NCBI GenBank assembly: GCA_051294375.1
Contig: CM119266.1
Location: 10,786,674-10,850,673, forward strand
Length of the DNA: 64,000 nucleotides
DNA from: Paraspadella gotoi
Taxonomy: Eukaryota > Animalia > Chaetognatha
Direction of reading: 5' to 3'
Below are positions 13,574 to 27,327 of this stretch, piece after piece. The stretch's first letter is position 1. Each line of letters opens with the position of its first letter. The position numbers were made by a program, and so were the translations under genes. The notes under the pieces are model-generated. The model did not search any database. It was given only the letters and a program-made list of their open reading frames with translations, and had not been told where the DNA came from.

Positions 13574-15358
13574 CTTGACGACGGAGAAAACAACTCTCTG
13601 TTGACGGTCTCGCCTCAAATCCTCTTGTAATCCTTTTCCTCCGCTCTGCATTTCGATTTGCCATGAGCGGGAAGCGCAAAGAAAGGATTTCGATTGAGCT
13701 CTCCTCGCGACGACATGGGGATACAAAGCCGCCGTTGCGACCTTCGCGGGGAGAGTGAGGGGGAGAGAAAGGGGGTTGTTAGAGAGGAGGAGGGGGGAAG
13801 AGATGTCAAATAGAAAAGAAAAAAAATGGGGGGACGAGAGGGGGTTTAAGAGAGGAGAGGCGGGAAGATGTGGTGGAATAGCGAAAAGAGAAAAAATGGG
13901 GGGGAGAGAGAGGGTTTGTAGAGAGGAGAGGGTGGAAGATGAAATTAGAATAAGAAAAAAATAGGGATTGGAGAGAGGAAAAGAGCGGCGAATGGCGAGA
14001 AGAGTGCGGAAAAGAAAGAAAAGGCGTCATTTTTAACTGAAGTCAATACATATAGCTTGTCCAGCTTACAATTTAACAATTACACGAACTCCTCGATTTC
14101 CGAGCCTTCTACTTGCGTCAAAATTTTGATATCGTATTTTGAAAATTATCTTTGCGACTTCCTTTGAAGCGATGCAAATCTTCTTTGGCCGCATGGTGAT
14201 ATCAGGCCCATTTTCATTGTACCATTACCATTCCTTCTTGACCATTCTATCGATACCATTCCTTCAACCCTTAGACATTATTCAACAATGCATCAACATT
14301 TAACAAAGAGACTTGCCCATAGCCAATACCATTTCCCTCCCCCAACCATTCAATAATTGTCCGTTTCCCTTCTGCAGTTCACCGATGCCATTTCCCCTTT
14401 GCCATTCACCAGTGCCACCCCGTCCTCGCCCATTCCTCCCGCACGCCTTTCGTTTAGCTCGAATTCGAGTGTTTTTTCGTCTCGTTTTTTTTTCTCTCTC
14501 GTTTTTGAGCCATTGGGTGAGAACGAATTCAGGAGGTGGCCGGGCGGAGGTGAAATTGCCGTAGATTATGGACAGAGATTTTTCGGGATTCGCAATGGGG
14601 GTTGCCAGGGATAAAGGTGAAATGGAGAGAGAGCAGAGAGAGAAGAGAGCAGAGAGGAGAGAAGAGAGAGGAAGAGAGAGAGGAGAGAGGAGAGAGAGGA
14701 GAGGAAGAGAGAGAGAGACGAGAGCTTGATTGTTAGGATTTGATTCGCGGAATGTTGAAGGCGAAAGAGAGTCAGAGAGACGATGAGAGATGAGGAGAGA
14801 GGAGAGGAGAGAGAGGAGAGAGAGCAGAAGAGAAGAGAGAGAGAGATGACGAGGAGAGAGATAGGAGAGATGGAGTGGAGGAAGAGAGAGTGAGAGGCTG
14901 ATTTGCCACAATAATGAATCGCCCTCGCCAGGCGAATCTACTGCAGGGGAGGACACACAGCGTGAGATTGAGAACAACAAAGTCCGATGGAACCGCAAAG
15001 GAGAGAGAGAGAGAGAGTGACTAGGAGACGAGATGGAGAGAGGAGAGAGAGAGAGCCAGGGAGGAGAGATGATGAGAAGAGAGAGAGAGACGGAAGAGCG
15101 ATCGAAGAGAGAAGACAACATTGTCCAACAGTCGAGAAGCCTCTTTGACAGAAAGTGGGGAAGAGCAAGCCGGTGCAGAGAGTCAGTAAAGCAGAAAAGC
15201 AGAGAAACGAAAATATGTATGATATTAAAATTTTGACGGACGCTTCTATGCGTTAATCAGACTGAACTGGAGTTTAAATTAAAGTATGGAATGTTTTTGT
15301 TAATTTATCCATCGGCACGTCAAGCGAAGTCGCAAATTAACAAACAGGAAATAACAAA

Positions 15359-15390
<32 letters not shown>

Positions 15391-17095
15391 AGACGACGAC
15401 GACTCCTCTTGATTAAAGAACTAAACGAAAAACAACTAATAAACCGGAAATGACTCTGACGTCAAACAAAAAAGATAAACGACAATAAAACGACAAAACT
15501 CGTGCGAAATTATGACGCTAAAATTTCTCCGCCGGAAAAAAGAAACGAAACTCGAGTTTAAGACTCGTAAAATGAGGCGACGAGGTGACGCTAAATGTTG
15601 CGGCCAGGAGTTGACGACCCACGGCGCTGCGACGACGACGAGACGAAACAAAAATTAACTGTAGTGGACTTGAGTATTTTATTTTTTCACTTCAACTGTT
15701 ATCTATTGGAATTACGCGTTCCAATACTCGCCACGCCCACATATTGTCAACGTTACCATTTTCAAAAAGAGCTAGAGAAAGAGAAAGGAAAACAATTTTT
15801 TTTTTCACTAAAATTATCTCTCGATGATCACTTTTAATATCAGATTTGGTACCTCTTGCCACTCCAAACTAAAATCTTAAGCATTTCATTTTTCACTAAA
15901 TCTAATATCTCACGTTTGACACCGTCAATTCTAAGCGGCTCCCTCTACCATTGCCCTCCACGCCCCCTTATCGCCACCAACCCCTCCCACCTACGACGGC
16001 CAAACTTTTTTCCATTTCCACCAGAAAACGAACTCGGAAAAAAAAACCAATCGAAGTTTCGAAGCCACAAAAAAAATTTCGCGTTTTGTCTTTTTCTTTT
16101 TTCTCTCTTCTTTTAGGTCTTGCGATTAATGTTTAATGTCGCTGACAGAAAACGTCGGCGTCATTTCGTCGGACGTTAAAAGCACAAACGGCCCATGTTT
16201 TAAAACCAACCTCTCCCCCCCCCCAAAAAAAAACACGACTTTTTTTTAGAAATAAAGATGAAGTTTTTTTTCCTTTTTAATTATTCCCTTTTATTCGCCA
16301 TTATTTTTTTTATGTTTTCCTAATCTCTTTTTTTTATTTTTTATTTTTTTTTTTTAAGGTTTGTCGATAGCTTCTTGCGTAATTAAAAAAAAAAAAGAGC
16401 GATTGAAAAACGGGAGGAAAAAAAATAAATTTTTCTTTTTCTAAATTAAAATTCGATCTCCTTTTTCCGGTCGTTCGATCCGACACAAAACAGCGGCGGG
16501 GACGACGACGACGACGACGAGGACGAGACGCCAACCCAGCCGTCGACAACCACAACGATGACCAATTTTGCGGTAAACGACCGACGATAACCTCCACCGA
16601 TGACCCTTTATTCCCCGCAATCGTTCGCCAACAAAAAAAAAAACGTCAAATGAAATTTTCGTTTTTCGATTCTTTAGAGAGAGAATTTTAATGTCGCATG
16701 AAAATCAGGGCTGAGGGGAAATTCGCTCGTTCGCGCCTGACGTGGTGGGTAGATTGGGAAGAGCAAGACGGTGGGTGGCCTCTCTCTCTCTCTCTCTTTT
16801 TATCGTAGTATATTTGACAACCGATGAGAAGGAATCTGGAGAAGGATGTTTTTCTTTGTGTTGTTTGACAATTTTTTAAGTTCAATTAAAAAGTATTCAA
16901 TTTATTATTATCGCCCCTTCGCTTTTTCCTTACCACCAACTCACTTCCCTACTTACCTTTTACCGCAAACATCTCGCATTCACATTTCACAACGCAAATA
17001 CCTCCGCCCACTCACCCTTCTTTTCAACCCACCCCTACCCTATTTCTCCCCCTTTTTTTGCCACTCCACCTTCCACTCCACTCCACGCTTTTCAG

Positions 17096-17344
17096 AGTGG
17101 AGCGAAAATCAACAATATCCGACGGATCGTGTCCGAGCGCATCGTGACTCTGACGGGCGTCACGGACAACATCTGCAAAGCGGCGGCGATGATCTGCAAG
17201 AAGTTCGAGGACGACCCTTCAGCAGATCTCCAGCTCGGGTCTCCCCAAGCCGCCCGTCACTCTGAGGCTCATCGTCCCCGCCGTCGCAAATGCGGATCGC
17301 TCATCCGGAAAGGGCGGTTCAAAAAATCAAAAGAAATCAGGGAG
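17096..17344 (+). other. Inverted, indel-containing second copy of the 243-bp PCBP exon (probably assembly-derived)
   Basis: Reverse complement of 23259-23501 with the same splice sites (ttcag|agtgga ... ggag|gtgagt). It is 249 bp long with several 1-bp indels and lies inside the left arm of the large palindrome. Confidence 0.9.
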
Positions 17345-18895
17345 GTGAGTTTTGAAAGTTTATTGGGGGGGTGGAGGGGTGGGGAAGGAAGGGTGTTGGG
17401 CCTGGGTGGGTTGGTTATATTATTATTATTATTTATTCGGTTATTACTCTGGGTTGAAGCTAGGGAATTGGCAGAGTTTAATTAATTTCTTTAAACTCTA
17501 CTGATTTTTTAAAAAAATAGTTTGTTGATGAAAACAAACAAATAAAAATTAAGGGATGTTTACAAAAACAATCGTTTAAAAAAAAACGGTAAATAAAGTG
17601 CAATTCAGGCTATGTCCTGATATATATCCCGAACAAACCTAACAAATTAAGATTAAACAAACAAACAAAAAATTCATTACATTTTTAAAGAGCTCCTTTT
17701 ATCGCGCTAAAAAATAGTATCCAACGACGCTCAGTAAACAAAAATGTTATTTTAGCGAAAAAAGAGACAGCGGGAGAAAAGAAGCGTGTAAAAAAAAAAT
17801 ATAAAAGAAAAGTGAGTTCCCAAAAAAGAACAAGAAGGAAAACAAAAGAAAAAGGAATAAAAAAAAACAAAAGCGCAAGAAACATTTGCAATTCGAAAAG
17901 CAGAAGGGAAGGAGAGAAGATGGCGTTGCGATCGGCGGGAAAAAAAAGGGGAGCTAAAGGTGACGGAGATGAGGAGGCGGGATGGAGGAAATGGCGCGGA
18001 AAAATTGTCGTTTTCCCGCCGGGACTGAAAAACTGTTGTTTTCGAACCAACAGCGGTTGTCGGTTTGTCGGCTGGCTGTCAGGAGGTTTGGTCAACCTGT
18101 TTTGAGAAGAGTGGATAGCTAAATATGAAAAATTGTATACAAGATGGGAGTAAAAAGACTGGTGTTAAATAGTTATTGAAAGCTTACAGGGTCCTGCTAT
18201 GTTATTATCTTGTAAGAGGGATGGAAGCCTTAACTCACCCTAGACTGTTTTAAGTCATAGGCAAGACTGTGTGTTTATTGAATGAATAGATAATTTTCTG
18301 ATTGTGACAATTTCATGACCTTTTCCACTTATTACGTATATAGATTGTCTTTTAATATTCATGTCGAAAAAAAAAAACCCTTTTGTTACAAATGAGGTCC
18401 TCATTTTTAACCGCCACATTTCACCAATTCAAAATCATTTTTATCCATCTTGAATAAGATTCCCCTTTAAGCCCAACATTTTATGTCGCTATAAGAAACG
18501 TATCACCACACAAAAAAAAAATCAAAATCTCCGTCGTGAATTCAATATTTGATAACTTTCGACAAATAATATATAAAAAAAAAAAGGATACACGAAGTTT
18601 AAAGGAAAAGGCGGACGTAAAAAGAGAAGAAAAAAAGCGAAAAAAGGGAGCAAAAAAAAGAAAAGGGGAGAAAAAAATGGGCGGAAATTGAATTTGATGG
18701 AATCTCGCGCCGATAACCGCGGGTTCGAATCCCATCGCCGCCTTATCTCTTTTCGGGCCCCAAGTTCATCTTTTCCTCGCGTTATTGCATGCCCTCAGAC
18801 ACTCGGAGCGAAATCGGGGGGGAGAGTGGGGGGGGGTGAGAGCGAAGGAGGAAAGAATTTCGAGGGTGTCACGTGAGGAGGAACGAAAAGAGGAA

Positions 18896-18938
<43 letters not shown>

Positions 18939-19198
18939 AGAGAGAGAGAAGAGATGAGAGAGAGAGGAGAGAGAGAGAGAGAGGAGAGATACGAAAGAAA
19001 GAAGATAGAGAGAGAGATTAATGGCGTGAAGGGAAAAAGGTGAAAAATAGCTATATAAAGAAAAAAAAAAATCACGAAACTAAATAAATAGGGTAATGTA
19101 GAAGAAAAGAGAAGAGAGAGAGAGAGAGAGCGAATGTAAAGAAACAAAAAAAAGAAAAGGCAACGACATTGGAGGAGAGAGAGAGAGAGATGAGAGAG

Positions 19199-19245
<47 letters not shown>

Positions 19246-20243
19246 CAAGCAAAGGGCGCCGCAATGGGAGGAGGAGGAGGAGGAGGGGAAGAAGGAGAGA
19301 CGCAACGAAGAAGCGGAGGGGAATAAAAAGCTCTCGCAGTTATTTTTCACCTTATCAATTATAAATGAGTCCTTGAGGTTCCACACCGAAGAGGACCGAC
19401 GACGACCGACGACCGACGACGACGACGACGACGACGACGATGATGTTGCGGGCCGTTACCAAACACACAACGACGACGACGACGACAGCGACGACGACAA
19501 CGCCTGTCGAGTCGGATGTGACCTATTTTTAGAATCTTAATCTCTTTCGTCTCCGAAGAAATCGCCGCTGACGCCGCCTCCGCCGCTGACGCCGCCTCCG
19601 CCGCTGACGCCGCCACGCTGCCGACTTCGCCGACGTGGCTCCTGGTCGGGCGGAGGCGATTCGACCCCTTTGGATCTGAGCCGTTCCCTTTTGGGGCTGA
19701 AAGAAGTTCCGTCTGTTTTGAGTCTATGAGCGAGGGACAAAACCATTGCAGTTGTAATTGCGCTTTTGTCAGAATCTGGAAAGAAGGAAAATAACAATAG
19801 TAATAGTATATTGTCGACTCTAATTTAAAAAAGTTAAGTCAAATTGCATTAGTTTTAATTCTTGCGAAGACTCGCGTTTTATAACATCATGGTAACTCAA
19901 TACCATCTGTTCACGCCGACTATTTTTTTTTTCTGCCACTTCAAAGGAATTTATCAAACTTTTCTCTTTCCGCGTTATATTTTATTTTAATCTTATATAT
20001 CCTCCTATCGATATATTTCTAGTTCGTCGCTCGCGACTTTGATAACTAATAATTTCTTCGTCATAATATATCGCCTTTTTTTTCTTGCTTTATCAGTTTA
20101 TCATTTTTCAATATTTTTCTAATCGATAAAGGTGACGCCTCTGTCAAACGGAGTGTGTTTAGGAGACTCGGGGAGCGGGAGTCACGGGATTAGGGTAGGT
20201 TAGATAAAGAAAAAAACCATTGCAATATCCTCTCTCACTCTGT

Positions 20244-20291
<48 letters not shown>

Positions 20292-20349
20292 TCTCTTCTC
20301 TCTCTCTCTCTCTCTCTTCTCCCTCTCTCTCCACGAACCACTTTCACGC

Positions 20350-20366
20350 TACTAATTTTTGTTTGT
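20350..20366 (+). promoter_or_regulatory. Displaced branch point and pyrimidine tract (TACTAAT-TTTTGTTTGT) of the 129-bp PCBP exon
   Basis: Flipping 13594-20366 makes this end overlap (acaa) with 13590-13593. The result is TACTAATTTTTGTTTGTTTTCTCCGTCGTCAAG|exon, with the branch A at about -28. Confidence 0.7.
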
Positions 20367-21187
20367 NNNNNNNNNNNNNNNNNNNNNNNNNAGACAGAGT
20401 GAGAGAGGATATTGCAATGGTTTTTTCTTTATCTAACCCTACCCTATCCCGTGACTCCCCGCTCCCCGAGTCTCCTAACCACTCCGTTTGACAGAGGCGT
20501 CACCTTTATCGATTAGAAAAATATTGAAAAATGATAAACTGATAAAGCAAGAAAAAAAAGGCGATATATTATGACGAAGAAATTATTAGTTATCAAAGTC
20601 GCGAGCGACGAACTAGAAATATATCGATAGGAGGATATATAAGATTAAAATAAAATATAACGCGGAAAGAGAAAAGTTGATAAATTCTTTGAAGTGGCAG
20701 AAAAAAAAAATAGTCGGCGTGAACAGATGGTATTGAGTTACCATGATGTTATAAACGCGAGTCTTCGCAAGAATTAAACTAATGCAATTTGACTTAACTT
20801 TTTTAAATTAGAGTCGACAATATACTATTACTATTGTTAATTTTCCTTCTTTCCAGATTCTGACAAAAGCGCAATTACAACTGCAATGGTTTTGTCCCTC
20901 GCTCAAAGACTCAAAACAGACGGAACTTCTTTCAGCCCCAAAGGGAACGGCTCAGATCCAAAGGGGTCGAATCGCCTCCGCCCGACCGAGCCACGTCGGC
21001 GAAGTCGGCAGCGGTGGCGGCGTCAGCGGCGGAGGCGGCGTCAGCGGCGGAGGCGGCGTCAGCGGCGATTTCTTCGGAGACGAAAGAGATTAAGATTCTA
21101 AAAATAGGTCACTCGACTCGACAGGCGTTGTCGTCGTCGCTGTCGTCGTCGTCGTCGTTGTGTGTTTGGTAACCGGCCCCAACATCA

Positions 21188-21237
<50 letters not shown>

Positions 21238-21420
21238 CTCTCCGGTTGTGGAACCTCAAGGACTCATTTATATTGATAAGGTGATAAAATAACTGCGAGA
21301 GCTTTTTATTCCCCTCCGCTTCTTCGTTGCGTCTCTCCTTCTTCCCCCTCCTCCTCCTCCTCCTCCCATTGCGGCGCCCTTTGCTTGTATGTCTCTCTCT
21401 CTCTCTCTTCTCTCTCTTCT

Positions 21421-21473
<53 letters not shown>

Positions 21474-21658
21474 ATGTCGTTGCCTTTTCCTTTTTTTGTT
21501 TCTTTACATTCGCTCTCTCTCTCTCTCTCTTCTCTTTTCTTCTACATTACCCTATTTATTTAGTTTCGTGATTTTTTTTTTCTTTATATAGCTATTTTTT
21601 CACCTTTTTCCCTTCACGCCATTAATCTCTCTCTCTTCTTCTTTCTTTCGTATCTCTG

Positions 21659-21733
<75 letters not shown>

Positions 21734-23258
21734 ACTTCCTCTTTTCGTTCCTCCTCACGTGACACCTCGAAATCTTTCCTCCTTCCTCTCCCCCCCACTC
21801 TCCCCCCCCATTTCGCTCCGAGTGTCTGAGGGCAATGCAATAACGCGAGGAAAAGATGAACTTGGGGCCCGAAACAGAGATAAGGCGGCGATGGGATTCG
21901 AACCCGCGGTTATCGGCGCGAGATTCCATCAATTCAATTTCCGCCCAATTTTTTTCTCCCTTTTCCTTTTTTTTTCTCCCTTTTCCTTTTTTTTTCTCTC
22001 TTTTACGTCCGCCTTTTCCTTTTTAAACTTCGTGTATCCTTTTTTTTTTTATATTATTTGTCGAAAGTTATCAAATATTGAATTCACGACGGAGATTTTT
22101 GATTTTTTTTTTTGTGGTGATACGTTTCTATAGCGACATAAAATGTTGGGTTAAAGGGGAATCGTTTATCAAGATGGATAAAAATGATTTTGATTGGTGA
22201 ATGTGGCGGTTAAAAATGAGGACCTCATTTGTAACAAAAGGGTTTTTTTTTTTCGACATGAATATTAAAAGACAATCTCTATACGTAATAAGTGGAAAGG
22301 TCATGAAATTGTCACAATAGAAAATTATCTATTCATTCAATAAACACACAGTCTTGCCTATGACTTAAAACAGTCTAGGGTGAGTTAAGGCTTCCATCCC
22401 TCTTACAAGATAATAACATAGCAGGACCCTGTAAGCTTTCAATAACTATTAACACCAGTCTTTTACTCCCATCTTGTATACAATTTTTCATATTTAGCTA
22501 TCCACTCTTTCTCAAAACAGTTGACCAAACCTCCCTGACAGCCAGCCGACAAACCGACAACCGCTGTTGGTTCGAAAACAACAGTTTTTCAGTCCCGGCG
22601 GGAAAACGACAATTTTTCCGCGCCATTTCCTCCTCTTCCTCCTCATCTCCGTCACCTTTAGCTCCCCCTTTTTTTTCCCGCCGATCGCAACGCCATCTTC
22701 TCTCCTTCCCTTCTGCTTTCGAATTGCAAATGTTTCTTGCGCTTTTGTTTTTTTTTATTCCTTTTCTTTTGTTTTCCTTCTTGTTCTTTTTTGGGAACTA
22801 CTTTTCTTTATATTCTTTTTTTTACACGCTTTCTTTTCTCCCGCTGTCTCTTTTTCGCTAAAATAACATTTTTGTTTACTGAGCGTCGTTGGATACTATT
22901 TTTAGCCGATAAAAGGAGCTCTTTAAAATGTAATGAATTTTTGTTTGTTTGTTTAATCTTAATTTGTTAGGTTTTGTCGGGATATATATCAGGACATAGC
23001 CTGAATTGCACTTTATTTACGTTTTTTTTTAACGATTGTTTTTGTAAACATCCTTAATTTTTTTGTTTGTTTTCATCAACAAACTATTTTTTTAAAAAAT
23101 CAGTAGAGTTTAAAAGAAATTAATTAAACTCTGCCAATTCCCTAGCTTCAACCAGAGTAATAACCGATAATAATAATAATAATATAACCAACCCACCCAG
23201 GCCCAACCACCTTCCCTTCCCCCACCCCTCCACCCCCCCAATAAACTTTCAAACTCAC

Positions 23259-23501
23259 CTCCCTGATTTCTTTGATTTTTGAACCGCCCTTTCCGATGAG
23301 CGATCCGCATTGCGACGCGGGGACGATGAGCCTCAGAGTGACGGGCGGCTTGGGGAGACCCGAGCTGGAGATCTGCTGAAGGTCGTCCTCGAACTTCTTG
23401 CAGATCATCGCCGCCGCTTTGCAGATGTTGTCCGTGACGCCCGTCAGAGTCACGATGCGCTCGGGACACGATCCGTCGGATATGTTGATTTTCGCTCCAC
23501 T
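23259..23501 (-). CDS. PCBP: PCBP/mub coding exon: end of KH1, linker and first half of KH2
   Basis: gcttttcag|SGAKINISDGSCPERIVTLTGVTDNICKAAAMICKKFEDDLQQISSSGLPKPPVTLRLIVPASQCGSLIGKGGSKIKEIRE|gtgagt. The exon is 243 bp (81 aa) with an open frame. It carries the PCBP-diagnostic PPVTLRLxVPASQCGSLIGKGG motif and joins both flanking exons in frame. Confidence 0.97.
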
Positions 23502-25624
23502 CTGAAAAGCGTGGAGTGGAGTGGAAGGTGGAGTGGCAAAAAAAGGGGGAGAAATAGGGTAGGGGTGGTTGAAAAGAAGGGTGAGTGGGCGGAGGTATTT
23601 GCGTTGTGAAATGTGAATGCGAGATGTTTGCGGTAAAAGGTAAGTAGGGAAGTGAGTTGGTGGTAAGGAAAAAGCGAAGGGGCGATATAATAAATTGAAT
23701 ACTTTTTAATTGAACTTAAAAAATTGTCAAACAACACAAAGAAAACATCCTTCTCCAGATTCCTTCTCATGGTTGTCAAATATACTACGATAAAAAAGAG
23801 AGAGAGAGAGAGGCACACCCACCGTCTTGCTCTTCCCAATCTACCCACCACGTCAGGCGCGAACGAGCGAATTTCCCCTCAGCCTGATTTTCATGGCGAC
23901 ATTAAAATTCTCTCTCTAAAGAATCGAAAACGAAAATTTCATTTGACGTTTTTTTTTTGTTGGCGAACGATTGCGGGGAATAAAGGGTCATCGGTGGAGG
24001 TTATCGTCGGTCGTTTACCGCAAAATTGGTCATCGTTGTGGTTGTCGACGGCTGGGTTGGCGTCGTCGTCCTCGTCGTCGTCGTCGTCGTCACCGCCGCT
24101 GTTTTGTCGGATCGAACGACCGGAAAAAGGAGATCGAATTTTAATTTAGAAAAAGAAAAATTTATTTTTTTTCCTCCCGTTTTTCAATCGCTCTCTTTTT
24201 TTTTTTTAATTACGCAAGAAGCTATCGACCAAACCTTAAAAAAAAAAAATAAAAAATAAAAAAAGAGATTAGGAAACATAAAAAAAATAATGGCGAATAA
24301 AAGGGAATAATTAAAAAAAGGAAAAAAAACTTCATCTTTATTTCTAAAAAAAAGTCGTGTTTTTTTTTGGGGGGGGGAGAGGTTGGTTTTAAACATGGGC
24401 GTTTGTGCTTTTAACGTCCGACGGAAATGACGCCGACGTTTTTCTGTCAGCGACATTAAACATTAATCGCAGACCTAAAAGAGAGAGAAAAAAGAAAAAG
24501 ACAAACGCGAAATTTTTTTTGGCTTCGAAACTTCGATTGGTTTTTTTTTCCGAGTTCGTTTTCTGGTGGAAATGGAAAAAAGTTGGCGTCGTAGGTGGGA
24601 GGGGTTGGTGGCGATAAGGGGGCGTGGAGGGCAATGGTAGAGGGAGCCGCTTAGAATTGACGGTGTCAAACGTGAGATATTAGATTTAGTGAAAAATGAA
24701 ATGCTTAAGATTTTAGTTTGGAGTGGCAGAGGTACCAATCTGATATTAAAAGTGATCATCGAGAGATAATTTAGTGAAAAAAAAATTTGTTTTCCTTTCT
24801 CTTTCTCTAGCTCTTTTTGAAAATGTAACGTTGACAATATGTGGGCGTGGCCGAGTATTGGAACGCGTAATTCCAATAGATAACAGTTGAAGTGAAAAAA
24901 TAAAATACTCAAGTCCACTCAGTTAATTTTTGTTTCGTCTTCGTCGTCGTCGCAGCCGCCGTGGTCGTCAACTCTGCCGCAACATTTAGCGTCACCTCGT
25001 CGCCTCATTTTACGAGTCTTAAACTCGAGTTTCGTTTCTTTTTTCCGGCGGAGAAATTTTAGCGTCATAATTCGCACGAGTTTTGTCGTTTTATTGTCGT
25101 TTTATCTTTTTTGTTTGACGTCAGAGTCATTTCCGGTTTATTAGTTGTTTTTCGTTTAGTTCTTTAATCAAGAGGAGTCGTCGTCGTCTTCGTCGTCGTC
25201 GTCGTCGTCGTCGTCGTCTTTGTTATTTCCTGTTTGTTAATTTGCGACTTCGCTTGACGTGCCGATGGGATAAATTAACAAAACATTCCATACTTTAATT
25301 TAAACTCCAGTTCAGTCTGATTAACGCATTAGAAGCGTCTCGTCATAAATTTTATATCATACATATTTCGTTTCTCTGCTTTTCTGCTTTACTGACTCTC
25401 TCACCGCTTGCTCTTCCCCACTTTCTGTCAAAGAGGCTTCTCGCTGTTGACAATGTTGTCTTCTCTCTTCGATCGCTCTTCCGTCTCTCTCTCTCTGACC
25501 GCCGAACTGAACGGACGCACAGATCTGATCCCTCTGATTTTTTTTTTTTTCACAATTTCGGGACTTAGGAATAAACGACTGAAAAATCAGCCCCGGTACG
25601 GGTTGGCCGTGTACCGAGGAAACC

Positions 25625-27327
25625 ATGGTCGCCACTCGGGCCAAAAATTGGAAAAAAACTAAAGAAATAATCCGAGCGAACAGTGAAAGAACTATAGGAA
25701 ATGTTGAAAACCGAAATATAATTGAAATCTTTAAATCCCTAAATGAATTTAACAAAAATGAACTTTTAAAACCAACTTCAACGAAATCCAAAACCAAGAA
25801 CACTGTGTCAAGACGATATGGAAGCCATACTCTTCGACTGAGATTTAACCTCACCTATCCGTGAGTGAAATTACGCGAAAAAGGAAGCAGCCTGATCAAG
25901 TGAACATGCAAATGAGTAAGTCACCCAGGCCTGACTTTATTAACAAGAACAAACTTGGAAATGGTTCTACAACTCCTCAGTTGCTAAAACAGTCTCAAAC
26001 CAAAAATGATACCAAAAATCTCTCCATCATTCCTCTCTACCAACTGTCCCGACTCAATTAAAAATCACGGCTAAACTTAGCTCAATTTGTACAGGAATCG
26101 TACATTGGCACAGGCTCTGTAAGTGAAGCTAAGCTCATGAGTAGCCGGAGAACATCGTAATCACGGTCACGACTGAAAAGACTTTAATTCCGTTCTAAGA
26201 AAAGAAAATTGGTCCCAGTCAAAATTAATAATATGTTCCAAGACTGAGCTCTTCTAGAAAATGCGTTACGAAGTTTTCTAGTGATGCGGCAGCGTCGAAC
26301 CGGAAATGGATGTGGAAAACATAAAAAGAATTCACAAAACAAGGTTTTGGTATCACGTCAAATAACACAGAATGTCGTCCTCTTCAAAAAATGAGAGAGT
26401 TCTTGGAATGTTAAGGTGGGTTTTAAGCTCAAACAGAAGCAGCTGAACAGGCTGATGAAAGAAGGCTTTAAAATGTACTTTAAGAAATACAATTTGTAGA
26501 ATACAACGTAAGCCTCAGCTCTGCAGTGCTATCGTTGCCAAAAAATTTGGCCATGGTAGTAGACAACTGTCATGAAACTGTGAACACTTTGTCTTCGGTG
26601 GGCAGTGGCAACCATAACCACCAAAGAATGTAAATCTCTTACTCTTAAATGCCTCAAATTGCGCGGAGAACACACATCCAACTCACGTCCAGTGTAACAT
26701 TCTCCTAGAAGCTAACAAAACTATCAAAGACAAATCCACTCATGAACGTCCTTCCCCTATCAAAAACGCCACATACTCAAGCAGAGTTAAAGCAAGCCAA
26801 CGTTTCATTTTCGGACGCCGATCTCACTAACATTTTTTACAGCCACGGCCTGCTTGGCGAGAGAAATGTCCATTAATGATAAGGCTAACTTAACCGACTC
26901 ATCCTTTGGACAACTAACAGAGAAAGCCCTGAAAAGCCTCAAGAGACAAAGCGATGTTTCTTGGGAACAAATCTCCCGATGGTGAATCCTTTTTCCAAAC
27001 CCCTCGTCAACTGTTCCATCAAACTCTCCATACACTGAGAGTGTCACAACACCACAGGAAAAGATACGCCCAGGAAAACAACAATGCATCAAAAAATTGG
27101 GGCTGATATTTCATGTCAGAGTTCATGATGCTGTCGCAAAAGAATTTCCAAAACAATACTTCGTCTGATCATTGTTTCCCTACCTCACCACAAATCGGCA
27201 TAGAAACACGGAGGGCAGGAGTCTTGGCGAGAAGCCTTCCAAAAGAGCCTATAAATCCATCAAAAAACCCAAGCCCAGAAATCTACAAAAACAGAGTGCT
27301 TCTGACAAAACTGAAACCCGACAAGTA
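25625..27327 (+). pseudogene. LINE ORF1 (gag-like, three CCHC zinc knuckles), frameshifted as assembled
   Basis: Reading across indels, 26520-26700 gives LQCYRCQKFGH...C, then C.R...G.H...EC, then LKC.NC.GEH.SNS..C. This is the triple knuckle typical of I/Jockey/R1-group ORF1. Boundaries are approximate, and the frameshifts may be sequencing errors. Confidence 0.75.

Noticed and set aside
17096-17344. Second PCBP paralogue or natural antisense gene
   Set aside because: It lies in a near-identical inverted arm and differs by scattered 1-bp indels. The arm's end carries the displaced branch point of the real intron.
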